A stretch of DNA of 64,000 nt from Planctomycetales bacterium (lineage in GTDB: Bacteria > Planctomycetota > Planctomycetia > Planctomycetales > Planctomycetaceae), in the NCBI GenBank assembly GCA_040877365.1, contig JBBDNU010000153.1, forward strand, positions 5,049-69,048. The letters are read 5' to 3'. Positions 55,391 through 63,984 of this stretch are shown piece by piece (position 1 is the stretch's first letter; each line of letters starts with the position of its first letter). A model generated the notes under the pieces. It saw only the letters and a list, made by a program, of their open reading frames with translations, was not told the DNA's origin and ran no database searches. The position numbers and the translations under genes are program-made.

Positions 55391-56791
55391 ATGGCTGAAC
55401 AAGTTCCTTCGCTGGCCGAGTTCATCGGGCTGCCGACCTCCGAGGTCGAGCAATACGATATCGCCTTGCTGAATCTGTGTGCCGCTCGCGGGCTGCCGGG
55501 AACCGAGAATCTCGACATTCCCGAGTTGCTCGACCGGCTCGATGAGTGGGCGCAGCGGGTGCGGATCGAAATCTGCCGCCACCTCTACCGCTTCGATCCG
55601 TTCGCCGCTCGAGAGCCGACCGAATACTCGTGCGGCAATTCGCTGGGGCGGTTCTTCTGCTGGTACACGCTCCAGGTGCTGCAGGAGGACTGCGGCGTCG
55701 CCTATCATCCCGACCGCAAGTTCAAGCCGGACTTCTGCAAGCCCGAGGACGTGTTCATCCACGGGATCGTGTCGCCAGATGGTCAGGGCGGGACGTGCGC
55801 GTCGATGCCGGTGGTGTACGTTGCGGTCGGCCGCAGGCTCGGACTGCCGGTCCACCTCGCGGCGACGCGCGGGCATCTCTACTTTCGCTGGGACGACCCG
55901 CGCGGCACCACGATCCAATGGCGGCTGCCCGATCTCGATCTCTGGATCGCGCCCGACCGGTTCAACATCGAAGGCTCCGGCGAAGGGATCGCCTTCCATC
56001 CCGACTCGCACTACATCCAGTGGCCGGAACTGTGGACGAAGGAGGATTGCGAGTACGGCCGGTATCTCCGATCGCTTACGGCCAAGGAAGAACTCGCCTC
56101 CTTCCTGATGGAGCGGGGCGAGTGCTTCTGGGATCTCGGAAAGCGCGGCGAGGCGCTCAAGGCGTTCTACTACGCCTGCAAGCTCGTGCCGGACGACAAG
56201 CGTTACGAGCGACATCACGCCTTGCGGACGCGCGACTATGAAGAGCACGAACGGAAGTTCCACGAGCGCTTCCGGGAGCAGGAGCGGGAGCGGTTCGAGC
56301 GACAAGCGCGACGCCGCGCGCTGCCGGGCGTGTGGGGGCATTCGCCGAATTGCTGTTGCGGTCCGTGCGAGCATGCGCGAGACATCGCCGAGACGCGCCC
56401 GCAGCCGCCGCACGGGAGCGCGAGTTGCACCTGCTGGGAATGCACGAAGGCCCGCGCGGCGTTGTCGCGTCTCGCGCCGCCTCATGGAAAATGGTGTCTG
56501 TGTCCAGAGTGCCGGGAGGCGCGCGGGGAACTGGCGCCACCCGGCCCGCCGCATCCGGACTGCTGCACCTGCTGGAATTGCCAGGAGGCCCGAAAGGCGG
56601 CCGAACAACCGCCGAGCGTGCCGGGGCATCCCCCCAACTGCCGATGCGCCGGTTGCGCTGCGTATCGGGTCACGCATCAGCCCATGCATGCGCTGATGAG
56701 CGCCAAACCCTCGCGATCGCTGCCCGGCATCCGGTTCCCCCATCAAACGGCCATCGCCCATCCCGGAGTTCCCTCCCTGCCCGGATTCTGA
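55391..56791 (+). CDS. transglutaminase-fold (SirB1-like) protein with C-terminal 5 x H-x3-C-x-C-x2-C repeats
   Basis: Start taken at MAEQVPS. Core GGTCASMPVVYVAVGRRLGLPVHLAATRGHLYFRWDD, a helical TPR-like middle region, and five Cys/His repeats between aa 366 and 476 of the ORF. Confidence 0.7.
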   Translation: MAEQVPSLAEFIGLPTSEVEQYDIALLNLCAARGLPGTENLDIPELLDRLDEWAQRVRIEICRHLYRFDPFAAREPTEYSCGNSLGRFFCWYTLQVLQEDCGVAYHPDRKFKPDFCKPEDVFIHGIVSPDGQGGTCASMPVVYVAVGRRLGLPVHLAATRGHLYFRWDDPRGTTIQWRLPDLDLWIAPDRFNIEGSGEGIAFHPDSHYIQWPELWTKEDCEYGRYLRSLTAKEELASFLMERGECFWDLGKRGEALKAFYYACKLVPDDKRYERHHALRTRDYEEHERKFHERFREQERERFERQARRRALPGVWGHSPNCCCGPCEHARDIAETRPQPPHGSASCTCWECTKARAALSRLAPPHGKWCLCPECREARGELAPPGPPHPDCCTCWNCQEARKAAEQPPSVPGHPPNCRCAGCAAYRVTHQPMHALMSAKPSRSLPGIRFPHQTAIAHPGVPSLPGF

Positions 56792-56808
56792 GAGGAAGGA
56801 GAATCGCT

Positions 56809-57669
56809 ATGTACATGCCCACACTCGCCCGGTTCACCGCCCGCGACCCGATGCCGCCCGGCGGTTTGGACGTTTTGCCAGGAAGCGCTGCGCTCTATCG
56901 ATACGCCCGAAACTCGCCGGTCGGTCGAGTCGATCCGAGCGGCATGCAGTGCATGAGCTCGGACAGCAAGGTATTCATCGATCCGGTAAGAAATCCTGGT
57001 GATCCGCCAACGGCGCGATTCCCCATGAGCACCGTCGATGCGAAGATCGAGGTGTTGGCGAACCACTGCGACCCAGACATTACGCCGCACTACTCTGTCT
57101 CGGTTGAGATCGACTCGGCCGTTTTGGTCGCGGGGCAAGCGTTCACTTGCGCTCCAACAACGCGCGCAGGATTGACGCACCGAATCATCTTGGCAATGCG
57201 AGCGAGGTTGGGCGAAGGTGCTGGCCTCAGGCCGACGCAATTCATCGGCGAAGAGATCGCTTGTCAACAGCCGACACTTGAGTTCAAGGCGAGCCAACGT
57301 GGCAACGTATTCCCTGGCTTAGGTCCCTGTGCCGCGATGAAGATCGAGTTCAAATGCAATATTCCCTGTCGTTTGCACGGCAGCTCGCAACTCTGCGAGC
57401 GCCCGGACGGCCAGGCGGTCGTGTCATTTCGGGGTCAGGATTTGCGGCCAGGAGGAGCGGATCGTCCGCTTATCGATTACACCGGTCCGGGTCAGCAAAT
57501 CAGGATTCGATGGTCAGTCAACACGCGCGGGACGAGTGCGTGCTGCAGCTTTGAATCGTGTACTCCGACGATTCAGCTTGAACAGTTTCCGTCCGGTTTT
57601 CCTGTCAATCCTCCCGGGCCGCCGGTGCCTCCACCACTCCCTCAAGGGGCAGCCGGCGCTAGCTCTTGA
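56809..57669 (+). CDS. stand-alone Rhs-core C-terminal tail + unknown Cys-rich C-terminal domain (orphan polymorphic-toxin cassette)
   Basis: GGAAGGAGAA RBS. The N-terminus YMPTLARFTARDPMPPGG...ALYRYARNSPVGRVDPSGM matches the conserved end of RHS repeat-associated cores (..RF.s.DP....NlYrYv.NnPv...DPsG). About 240 aa of novel sequence with 12 Cys follow. Confidence 0.7.
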   Translation: MYMPTLARFTARDPMPPGGLDVLPGSAALYRYARNSPVGRVDPSGMQCMSSDSKVFIDPVRNPGDPPTARFPMSTVDAKIEVLANHCDPDITPHYSVSVEIDSAVLVAGQAFTCAPTTRAGLTHRIILAMRARLGEGAGLRPTQFIGEEIACQQPTLEFKASQRGNVFPGLGPCAAMKIEFKCNIPCRLHGSSQLCERPDGQAVVSFRGQDLRPGGADRPLIDYTGPGQQIRIRWSVNTRGTSACCSFESCTPTIQLEQFPSGFPVNPPGPPVPPPLPQGAAGASS

Positions 57670-57731
57670 ATCGTGATCTCGTTTTGAGTGAAAGTGGACG
57701 CTTGCGGTCGACGGCAAGAGGAAATCGATCA

Positions 57732-59081
57732 ATGTCTGCAATCGAAGCTGGCGTGTTGGTGCGTATTCTGGTCCTTCCGGCGGTCCTCTGCTGCCTCGGA
57801 ACACGATCGGCTCGCTCCGCTGAGACCGCGGATGCAGTCATCGAGGCCTTGGACCGCGCTCGAAGCGCCGCGCTGAAAACTGAAGAATACGAGTCCGCCA
57901 TCGATGGCCCACGCCTGTTCGCCGACATCGCCATCGCAGCGATGCGAGTCGGAAACCCGGATCTGGCCGAACGCGCATGGAAGGACGGACTCTCCCTTGA
58001 TCGTCGTGGCGGCGGGATCGCGGCCGCCGGTCTGATTGATATGGCCGCTCGCGCGATTGAATCGCGTCAATACGGGCTTGCGCGGCGTGCATTCGCCGCC
58101 GCACGGGAGTTGGAGCCGCTTGGACCACCCGAAGAGGATGAACGGATCCAGCGGATGGTGCGCGCGCACGATCGGTGGTTCGCAAGTGGCATCGCCGCGA
58201 TGTCCGATGAGCAGCAAGACCGGCTTGCGGCGGCATTGGACACGATTCGTAGGATCGAGGACGCCTCGACCCGAATCGGCTTCCTCCGCCGCGTTGGGCA
58301 GGAACGGCTGCTCCGAGACGATGTGACTGGCGCCATTTCCGTCGCGGATGGTCTCGACGTGAAGCGGCGCGAGCAACTGCTGTGCGATCTGGTGGCGGTC
58401 GCCGTGCGCCGTCACGAACTCGGCCAAGCGGACGTCATCGCATCGAAGATCAGCGAGTCGGAGTTTTCATTGGTGCGGGCGCACGCGATCCTCGGCGCGG
58501 CGCATCACGCTCGAGGGGAGATCAGCGAGGCCCACAAGCGTTTTCGACGAGCGCAGCGCGCCTTGGACGATATCGAACGCGACGAATCCGTGGAGACGAT
58601 CGAACGCGACACGACTCTCTTGGAGGCAATCGAAATTCTCGCGAACGAACTCGCTGCGTCGGCAAGGGTCGAGGATTCGCTGAAAAACGTGAGCCGCATT
58701 CGACGCCTTCAGAGTTTCGACGGCCGATTGGCCGCCGACCTTGTGACCTTCGGCGTATTGCAGACGTGCTGCGCGCGCGGCGATTTCGGTGCGGCAGAGC
58801 GTCTCGCGACTTCGATACGGCCTGGTCCGCACCGATACGAAGCGCTCGGATGGATCTCGAATGCGAAGGCTGCCCGGCGCATTCGAGACGGCAGCGGCGA
58901 GGCTCGTTTCAACGTGTCCGATATCATCGACGCCGGATATTCGATCAACGGGACAGTGGTCGCGGCAATGGCTCGTGCCGGACGAGCCGATCTGGGATTC
59001 CACTGGACAAACCAGAACGAATCGGCCCCGCAGCGGTGCGCCATGTATCTCGCAATCGCCAACGCACTTTCCGAGGGGTAG
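57732..59081 (+). CDS. secreted alpha-helical repeat protein (candidate immunity/partner)
   Basis: Signal-like MSAIEAGVLVRILVLPAVLCCLGTRSARSA with AGAGGA upstream. An alternative TTG start at 57666 overlaps the previous stop. The body is helical and TPR-like. Confidence 0.6.
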   Translation: MSAIEAGVLVRILVLPAVLCCLGTRSARSAETADAVIEALDRARSAALKTEEYESAIDGPRLFADIAIAAMRVGNPDLAERAWKDGLSLDRRGGGIAAAGLIDMAARAIESRQYGLARRAFAAARELEPLGPPEEDERIQRMVRAHDRWFASGIAAMSDEQQDRLAAALDTIRRIEDASTRIGFLRRVGQERLLRDDVTGAISVADGLDVKRREQLLCDLVAVAVRRHELGQADVIASKISESEFSLVRAHAILGAAHHARGEISEAHKRFRRAQRALDDIERDESVETIERDTTLLEAIEILANELAASARVEDSLKNVSRIRRLQSFDGRLAADLVTFGVLQTCCARGDFGAAERLATSIRPGPHRYEALGWISNAKAARRIRDGSGEARFNVSDIIDAGYSINGTVVAAMARAGRADLGFHWTNQNESAPQRCAMYLAIANALSEG

Positions 59082-59082
59082 G

Positions 59083-59328
59083 ATGCGCTTGTTGTTACTG
59101 ACTGTGCTCGCCGGTTATGTATGCTCCTTTGCGGCGCTGTCTCGGGACGCGATTCGGCGGGCCGAAGCCTCGAATACCGAAGGGTACTATTTCAGCGTGG
59201 CGAACGGTGTCGTAAACTGGAAGATCCATGCAACGCTTCGCGTCATCTATTCTCCGCTGATATTCGTGGACAGGTTCGCCGGGTCGGGCAAGAGTCCGGC
59301 ATCCATGCCGCTCGATCAATTGAACTGA
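59083..59328 (+). CDS. small protein with N-terminal hydrophobic helix
   Basis: 81 aa, MRLLLLTVLAGYVCSFAAL. The start is 2 nt after the previous stop. Lower GC than the surroundings. Confidence 0.45.
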   Translation: MRLLLLTVLAGYVCSFAALSRDAIRRAEASNTEGYYFSVANGVVNWKIHATLRVIYSPLIFVDRFAGSGKSPASMPLDQLN

Positions 59329-59349
59329 CCAATCCACTTCGGCACAGCG

Positions 59350-61335
59350 TCAAGGGCCGGACGACGCGACGGCCGGTTCCAGCAGTCCATCGTGGCGGCC
59401 GACTTGCAGGCGGACCATGTCGCGATACCGCCCGCCCGACTCCATCAGCTCCGCGTGCGTGCCGGTCTCGACGATGCGGCCCCCTTCGAGCACGAGGATC
59501 TGGTCGGCGTGGGCGATCGTGCTCAGACGGTGGGCGATGACGAAGCAGGTGCGGTCCCGCATCAGCCGGGCGAGGCTCTCTTGGATAAGCAGCTCGCTCT
59601 CGGTGTCGAGGTTGCTCGTCGCTTCGTCGAGGACCAGGATCCGCGGGTCGGCGAGCACCGCCCGCGCGATCGCGATCCGCTGCCGTTGCCCGCCGCTCAG
59701 CTTCACCCCCCGTTCGCCGATGACCGTGTCGTATCCGTGCGGCAGGCGGCGGATGAACTCGTCGGCATTGGCGACCTCGGCGGCGCGGCGGATCGCGTCG
59801 TCGCTCGCGGCGCGGTCGGCGTAGCCGATGTTTTCGGCGACGGTCCCGTCGAACAGGAACACGTCCTGCTCGACGAGTCCCAACAGACCGCGGTAGTTCT
59901 CGACCTCGATCTCGCGGAGGTCGATCCCGTCGAGCAGGACGCGCCCCGCGGTCGGATCGTAGAAGCGGGCGACCAGGTTGCACAGCGTCGTTTTTCCGGC
60001 GCCGCTGGGACCGACGAGCGCGACGACGCGGCCGGGGGCGGCATCGAGCGAGACTTCTTGCAGCGCGATCTCTCGTCCGCCGGGATACTGGAAGCTCACG
60101 TCCTCGAACGCGATGCGGCCGGTCACGTCCCGCTTGCGGAGGGCCCGCGCGTCGGGCGGGGCGGGCATCTCGCGCGGTTCGACGAGCACCTCCATCACGC
60201 GGTCCAGGGCCGAAAGGCTGTTCTGGAACTGGGCGGCGCTCTCGGCGAGCACGGCGAGCGGCTGCAGGAGCATCAGCAGATAGACGAGGAACATCATCAG
60301 ATCCCCCAGCGTGAGGTTCCCCTCGAGCACTTGCCAGCCGCCGTAGAGCAGCACCCCCGCGCTGGCCAGCGGGATGATCGCCTCCCACACCAGCTCGATG
60401 CCGCGGCCCCACCACCAGACGAGCAGCTCCTGCCGACCCATCAGGTGGTTCTCGCGCATGTACCGCGAGGTCTCGTTCCGCTGGCGGCTGAAGGCGCGGA
60501 CGACGCGCATTCCGCCGAACGATTCGGTCGCCTGGGCGTCGACCCTCTCCCGGCGGTCGCGGACCTCGCGGTACTGCGGACGGATGCGGTTGATCCAGGT
60601 GCGGTGCGTGAAGTAGACGACCGGCAACAGCACGAGCGCGCCGAGGAGCAGCCGCCAGTCCACCCACGCCAGCACGCACAGGCTGCCGACGAGCTGCACG
60701 ACCGCCTGCCACGGGTTGTAGAGCATGCCGAACACGAGGTCGCCGACGCTCCCCGCGTCCTGGCGGAGGATGCTGGCGACGCCGCCGGACTTCATCTCGT
60801 GGACCTTGTGCAGCGGGAGGCGGACGGAGTGCTCGAACAGCCGCTTGCGGACCGCGAGCTGAATCCGCTTGGTCGCCTGCGTGGCGTGCCAGCGGCCCCA
60901 GACGTGGATTCCCAGCCGCACGAACGACACGGCGATCACCGTCCCGACGATCGCCAGGAGCAGTTCGAAGCGATCGCTTGGTAGCGGGACGACGCGGGTG
61001 AGCGCCTCGGGGAGTGGGGCGTTCCCCAGCACGTAATCGACGACGAACTTGGTGGCCGCCGGCGGGAGGAGCGCCAGCGCCGTGGCGATCGTCAGCGCGA
61101 CGAGCGCGAAGACGATCCGTCCCCGCTGCCCGCGGGCTTGTTCGAAAAACGCGACGACCAGTTCCCCGGCGGAGCGCATCCGCGGCCCGCGCTGCCCCGG
61201 CGCGCGAGAGACCGGCGGCTTTTCGCCGTTGACTCGCTCCGAACGCCCGTCAACGCCCGTCTTGCGCCATCGCTGACGAAGCCTGGAACGGTATTCTCGA
61301 AAGCGTTGGCGGCTGGAAAGCGGCAGGCGGGGCAT
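59350..61335 (-). CDS. ABC exporter, fused permease/ATPase (MsbA-like)
   Basis: 6-TM N-terminal domain, Walker A GPSGAGKTT, signature LSGGQRQR and Walker B ILVLDEATS. The start is uncertain because of an Arg-rich N-terminal extension. Confidence 0.9.
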   Translation of the reverse strand: MPRLPLSSRQRFREYRSRLRQRWRKTGVDGRSERVNGEKPPVSRAPGQRGPRMRSAGELVVAFFEQARGQRGRIVFALVALTIATALALLPPAATKFVVDYVLGNAPLPEALTRVVPLPSDRFELLLAIVGTVIAVSFVRLGIHVWGRWHATQATKRIQLAVRKRLFEHSVRLPLHKVHEMKSGGVASILRQDAGSVGDLVFGMLYNPWQAVVQLVGSLCVLAWVDWRLLLGALVLLPVVYFTHRTWINRIRPQYREVRDRRERVDAQATESFGGMRVVRAFSRQRNETSRYMRENHLMGRQELLVWWWGRGIELVWEAIIPLASAGVLLYGGWQVLEGNLTLGDLMMFLVYLLMLLQPLAVLAESAAQFQNSLSALDRVMEVLVEPREMPAPPDARALRKRDVTGRIAFEDVSFQYPGGREIALQEVSLDAAPGRVVALVGPSGAGKTTLCNLVARFYDPTAGRVLLDGIDLREIEVENYRGLLGLVEQDVFLFDGTVAENIGYADRAASDDAIRRAAEVANADEFIRRLPHGYDTVIGERGVKLSGGQRQRIAIARAVLADPRILVLDEATSNLDTESELLIQESLARLMRDRTCFVIAHRLSTIAHADQILVLEGGRIVETGTHAELMESGGRYRDMVRLQVGRHDGLLEPAVASSGP

Positions 61336-61497
61336 GGAGGGGCAGGGCTGGCGACTGGGAAGCAGCGGGCCGATACTCCATAATCTTCGGTGGCCACCAT
61401 CGCCCGGTCAACCCGTCGGTCGGCGGGCGGACACAATCTATCCCGCTGCCGTGCACGAATCGAAGATGCTTACGTCGTATGGCGACATGAATCCGAG

Positions 61498-61742
61498 GTG
61501 GAAGCATTGCCGTCCGTCTATCTCGAAACGACGATCCCAAGCTATCTCGTCGCGCGTCGAAGCCGCGACTTGATCGTCGCGGCTCACCAGCAGATCACAC
61601 AGTGACTTGGAATTGCAGGCACATCGCAAACGGACAAGTGATTCGGCGGCTGAGCATGGTCAATGCAGAGATCGAACGGCCGACTCCCGTGATCGTGACT
61701 CCCGAGGAACTCTTGGCGGAATTTCCTGGAGATGTCGAATGA
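61498..61742 (+). pseudogene. decayed PIN-like (VapC-family) gene: N-terminal and C-terminal remnants in different frames
   Basis: Frame A reads VEALPSVYLETTIPSYLVARRSRDLIVAAHQQITQ then a stop. Frame B, starting 2 nt earlier, reads TWNCRHIANGQVIRRLSMVNAEIERPTPVIVTPEELLAEF. These look like the two ends of a family of about 135 aa, so the middle is missing. Confidence 0.6.
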
Positions 61743-61921
61743 AGGAAGATCCAATCGTCGCGGAAGTCCGCGAGGCCCGTCGACGAATCTTCGAAGCATG
61801 CGGATCGGATCTGGACCGGCTCATCGCACATCTCAAGGACGCGGAGTCGAAGCACAAGGAACGTCTCGTGACGATCGAAGACGTCCAACGACGCAGGCAA
61901 GCGGGCCAGGCCGCGCTTTGA
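61739..61921 (+). CDS. small conserved-looking protein coupled to the PIN remnant
   Basis: 60 aa, MKEDPIVAEVREARRRIFEACGSDLDRLIAHLKDAE. The ATGA overlaps the stop of the remnant's C-terminal frame. Confidence 0.5.
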   Translation: MKEDPIVAEVREARRRIFEACGSDLDRLIAHLKDAESKHKERLVTIEDVQRRRQAGQAAL

Positions 61922-62005
61922 CGCCACGGACAACGTCCGTTCCGAGATTGGCCCTCTCGCCGGATTCGGTTCAGCGTTTCACCCGCAGACGAAGTGAGAG
62001 ATTCT

Positions 62006-62788
62006 TCAGCCTTCGACCGAGTGCCACATCGGCTTGCGCTTCTCCAGAAACGCCGCCGTGCCTTCCTTGGATTGGGCGTCGCCGCAACATTTCCCGAACA
62101 GCTGCGCTTCGCGGGCGAACGCGGCCAGGCCCTCGCCACCTTCCAAGGCATAGATCAGCCGCTTCGCCGTCTGTTGCGCGTGCGGGCCGCGCGACAGCAG
62201 CAGCGCGGTCCGTTCCTCCACCGCGGCGCGGAAATCGTCGTCCGGCGTCACGGAATCGACGATGCCGAGCCGCAATGCGGCCTCGGCGGGAAACAGCTCT
62301 CCCGTGAGGACCATCCGGCGGGCGACGGCGCCGCCGAACAATCGCGTGGCGCGGACGGTCCCGCCCCAGCCGGGAAGCAGTCCCAGCGAGACTTCCGGAA
62401 GGCCGATGCGGGCGGAGGCGGCCGCCATCCGCAGGTCGCAGGCGAGCGCCAGTTCGCAACCCCCGCCGGCGCACGCGGCGTGGACCGCGCAGAGCGTGAC
62501 GGGGCGCAACTCGGCGATCCGCTTCATCAGCGCCTGCCCCTCGCGGGCGACGTGCTCGCCGGTGGCGTAGTTGAGCGTCGCCAACTCGTGAATGTCGGCC
62601 CCGGCGATGAAGGTCCGCCCTTCGGACTGGAACACGACGACGTCGAGATCGTCGCAGTCTTCCAGTTCCGCCAACACGTCGCCCAGCTCCGCCCGCGTTC
62701 CCTGCGAGAAGACGTGCACGCCGTTCTCGGTGACGAACGAGACGCGGGCGACGGGGCCTTCGACGGCGAGTTCGACGCGGGTCGGCAT
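62006..62788 (-). CDS. enoyl-CoA hydratase/isomerase (crotonase) family protein
   Basis: FIAGADI and AVHAACAGGGCELALACDLR oxyanion-hole motifs, with C-terminal KEGTAAFLEKRKP. Confidence 0.9.
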   Translation of the reverse strand: MPTRVELAVEGPVARVSFVTENGVHVFSQGTRAELGDVLAELEDCDDLDVVVFQSEGRTFIAGADIHELATLNYATGEHVAREGQALMKRIAELRPVTLCAVHAACAGGGCELALACDLRMAAASARIGLPEVSLGLLPGWGGTVRATRLFGGAVARRMVLTGELFPAEAALRLGIVDSVTPDDDFRAAVEERTALLLSRGPHAQQTAKRLIYALEGGEGLAAFAREAQLFGKCCGDAQSKEGTAAFLEKRKPMWHSVEG

Positions 62789-62799
62789 GGGGAGCGGAC

Positions 62800-63984
62800 T
62801 CAAGGCTTCGTCGATCGGGAATCGGGCTGCCGCTTGTAGCGGTACATCAGGATTCGCGGGCCGTGCTTCATCACGCAGACGTTGAGGTCGGTGTCGAAGC
62901 ACATCATCGTCTTCTGGCCCGCGCGGGGGGGCATGTCGGGAGACTTCATCTCGCTCCACGCGCGGGTGGCGAAGTCGAACACCCACATGCTATGTTCCTC
63001 CTTGCCCCCGTAAGTGATCAGCACATTGTTGAGCGGATCGTAGGCGTTGCCGTGGCGGTAGCGGGGCGGGCCTTTCTTCTCGGGAGTGAGGTCCTCCCAG
63101 GCGAGCGCGGCCGGGTCGAACGCCCAGATCTCCGCCCCGGTGTGATGGACGAGCCGCTTGTCCCGCGAGTTCCAGACGAGATTGACGTTGTGCGCGCCGG
63201 GGGGCGGGTTCTTGACGTCGAGCCGCTCCCAGCGGTCGGCGTCGCTGCGGTACAGCCAGGTTTCGCTGGCGTCGTACATGCGGACGCTCCCCTCGCTCCG
63301 CATGCGGCCGCCGCGGACGACCTGCACGACGCCGAAGCCCGGGGCGAAGCCCATGCAGTTGTCGCCGCCGGCCTTGGGGTGCGGGTCGCCCAGCCCGGTC
63401 GTCTTCGTCCAGCGGTTGTTCGCCACGTCGAGCTCGAATGTCTGCAAGCCGAAATCGCCCGCGTTCGCGCCGCCGTGATTGACGAGCAGCTTGTGGTCGG
63501 AATCGTAGGCGAGACCCAGCGAGCAGCGCCCGGCGGGGCGGTCCGTGGGGTAGGGGCCGCGGTTAAGCTCCTTCGCCCGGCCCCCCTTGATCCAGTTCGG
63601 CCACATCTGCACCCAGCGGTTGGCGGCGGGGACGTAGAACCACGTGTCGGACGAGTAGCCGGGATCGGTGCAGCCGCAGATGAAGGCGCAGGCCTTGAAG
63701 TCCGGCATGTAGACCAGCGGGACTTCGCCGCGGCCCCCCTCGGGCGCCTCGTCTCCGGCGCGGTCAAGCGCGAGCCACGAGTCGTCGCCGAGCGCCTCGA
63801 TTTTCGCCAGCACCTGCGGATCGGGACGGATCGCGCGGAACTTCTCGAGCTGGCGGGCGGCGAACTCGGCGTCCCAGTCCGCGCCTTCACCGAACACGCT
63901 ACGGCCTGGTTCGGCAACCGCGCGCGGCATGGCGACCCTGAGACAGAGGCCCCACGCCAGGCAGGCCACGGCAATTCGCAACAT
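62800..63984 (-). CDS. secreted Kelch-like beta-propeller protein (paralogue family, copy 3)
   Basis: GGAGGA RBS before the ATG at 63984. Signal peptide MLRIAVACLAWGLCLRVAMPRAVA. Blade-like repeats and C-terminal LMYRYKRQ. It ends 11 nt upstream of the crotonase gene start. Confidence 0.8.
   Translation of the reverse strand: MLRIAVACLAWGLCLRVAMPRAVAEPGRSVFGEGADWDAEFAARQLEKFRAIRPDPQVLAKIEALGDDSWLALDRAGDEAPEGGRGEVPLVYMPDFKACAFICGCTDPGYSSDTWFYVPAANRWVQMWPNWIKGGRAKELNRGPYPTDRPAGRCSLGLAYDSDHKLLVNHGGANAGDFGLQTFELDVANNRWTKTTGLGDPHPKAGGDNCMGFAPGFGVVQVVRGGRMRSEGSVRMYDASETWLYRSDADRWERLDVKNPPPGAHNVNLVWNSRDKRLVHHTGAEIWAFDPAALAWEDLTPEKKGPPRYRHGNAYDPLNNVLITYGGKEEHSMWVFDFATRAWSEMKSPDMPPRAGQKTMMCFDTDLNVCVMKHGPRILMYRYKRQPDSRSTKP

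Noticed and set aside
56336-56668. Cys repeats as c-type heme-binding sites
   Set aside because: No CxxCH motif is present. The His precedes the Cys cluster (H-x3-C-x-C-x2-C), and the protein has no signal peptide.
55247-56761. 504-aa minus-strand ORF
   Set aside because: It is antisense to the transglutaminase-fold/Cys-repeat gene and is Arg/Pro-rich with no motifs.
57729-58427. 232-aa minus-strand ORF inside the islet
   Set aside because: It is antisense to the 449-aa helical-repeat gene. It has no RBS or start context, and its composition is less protein-like than that of the plus-strand frame.
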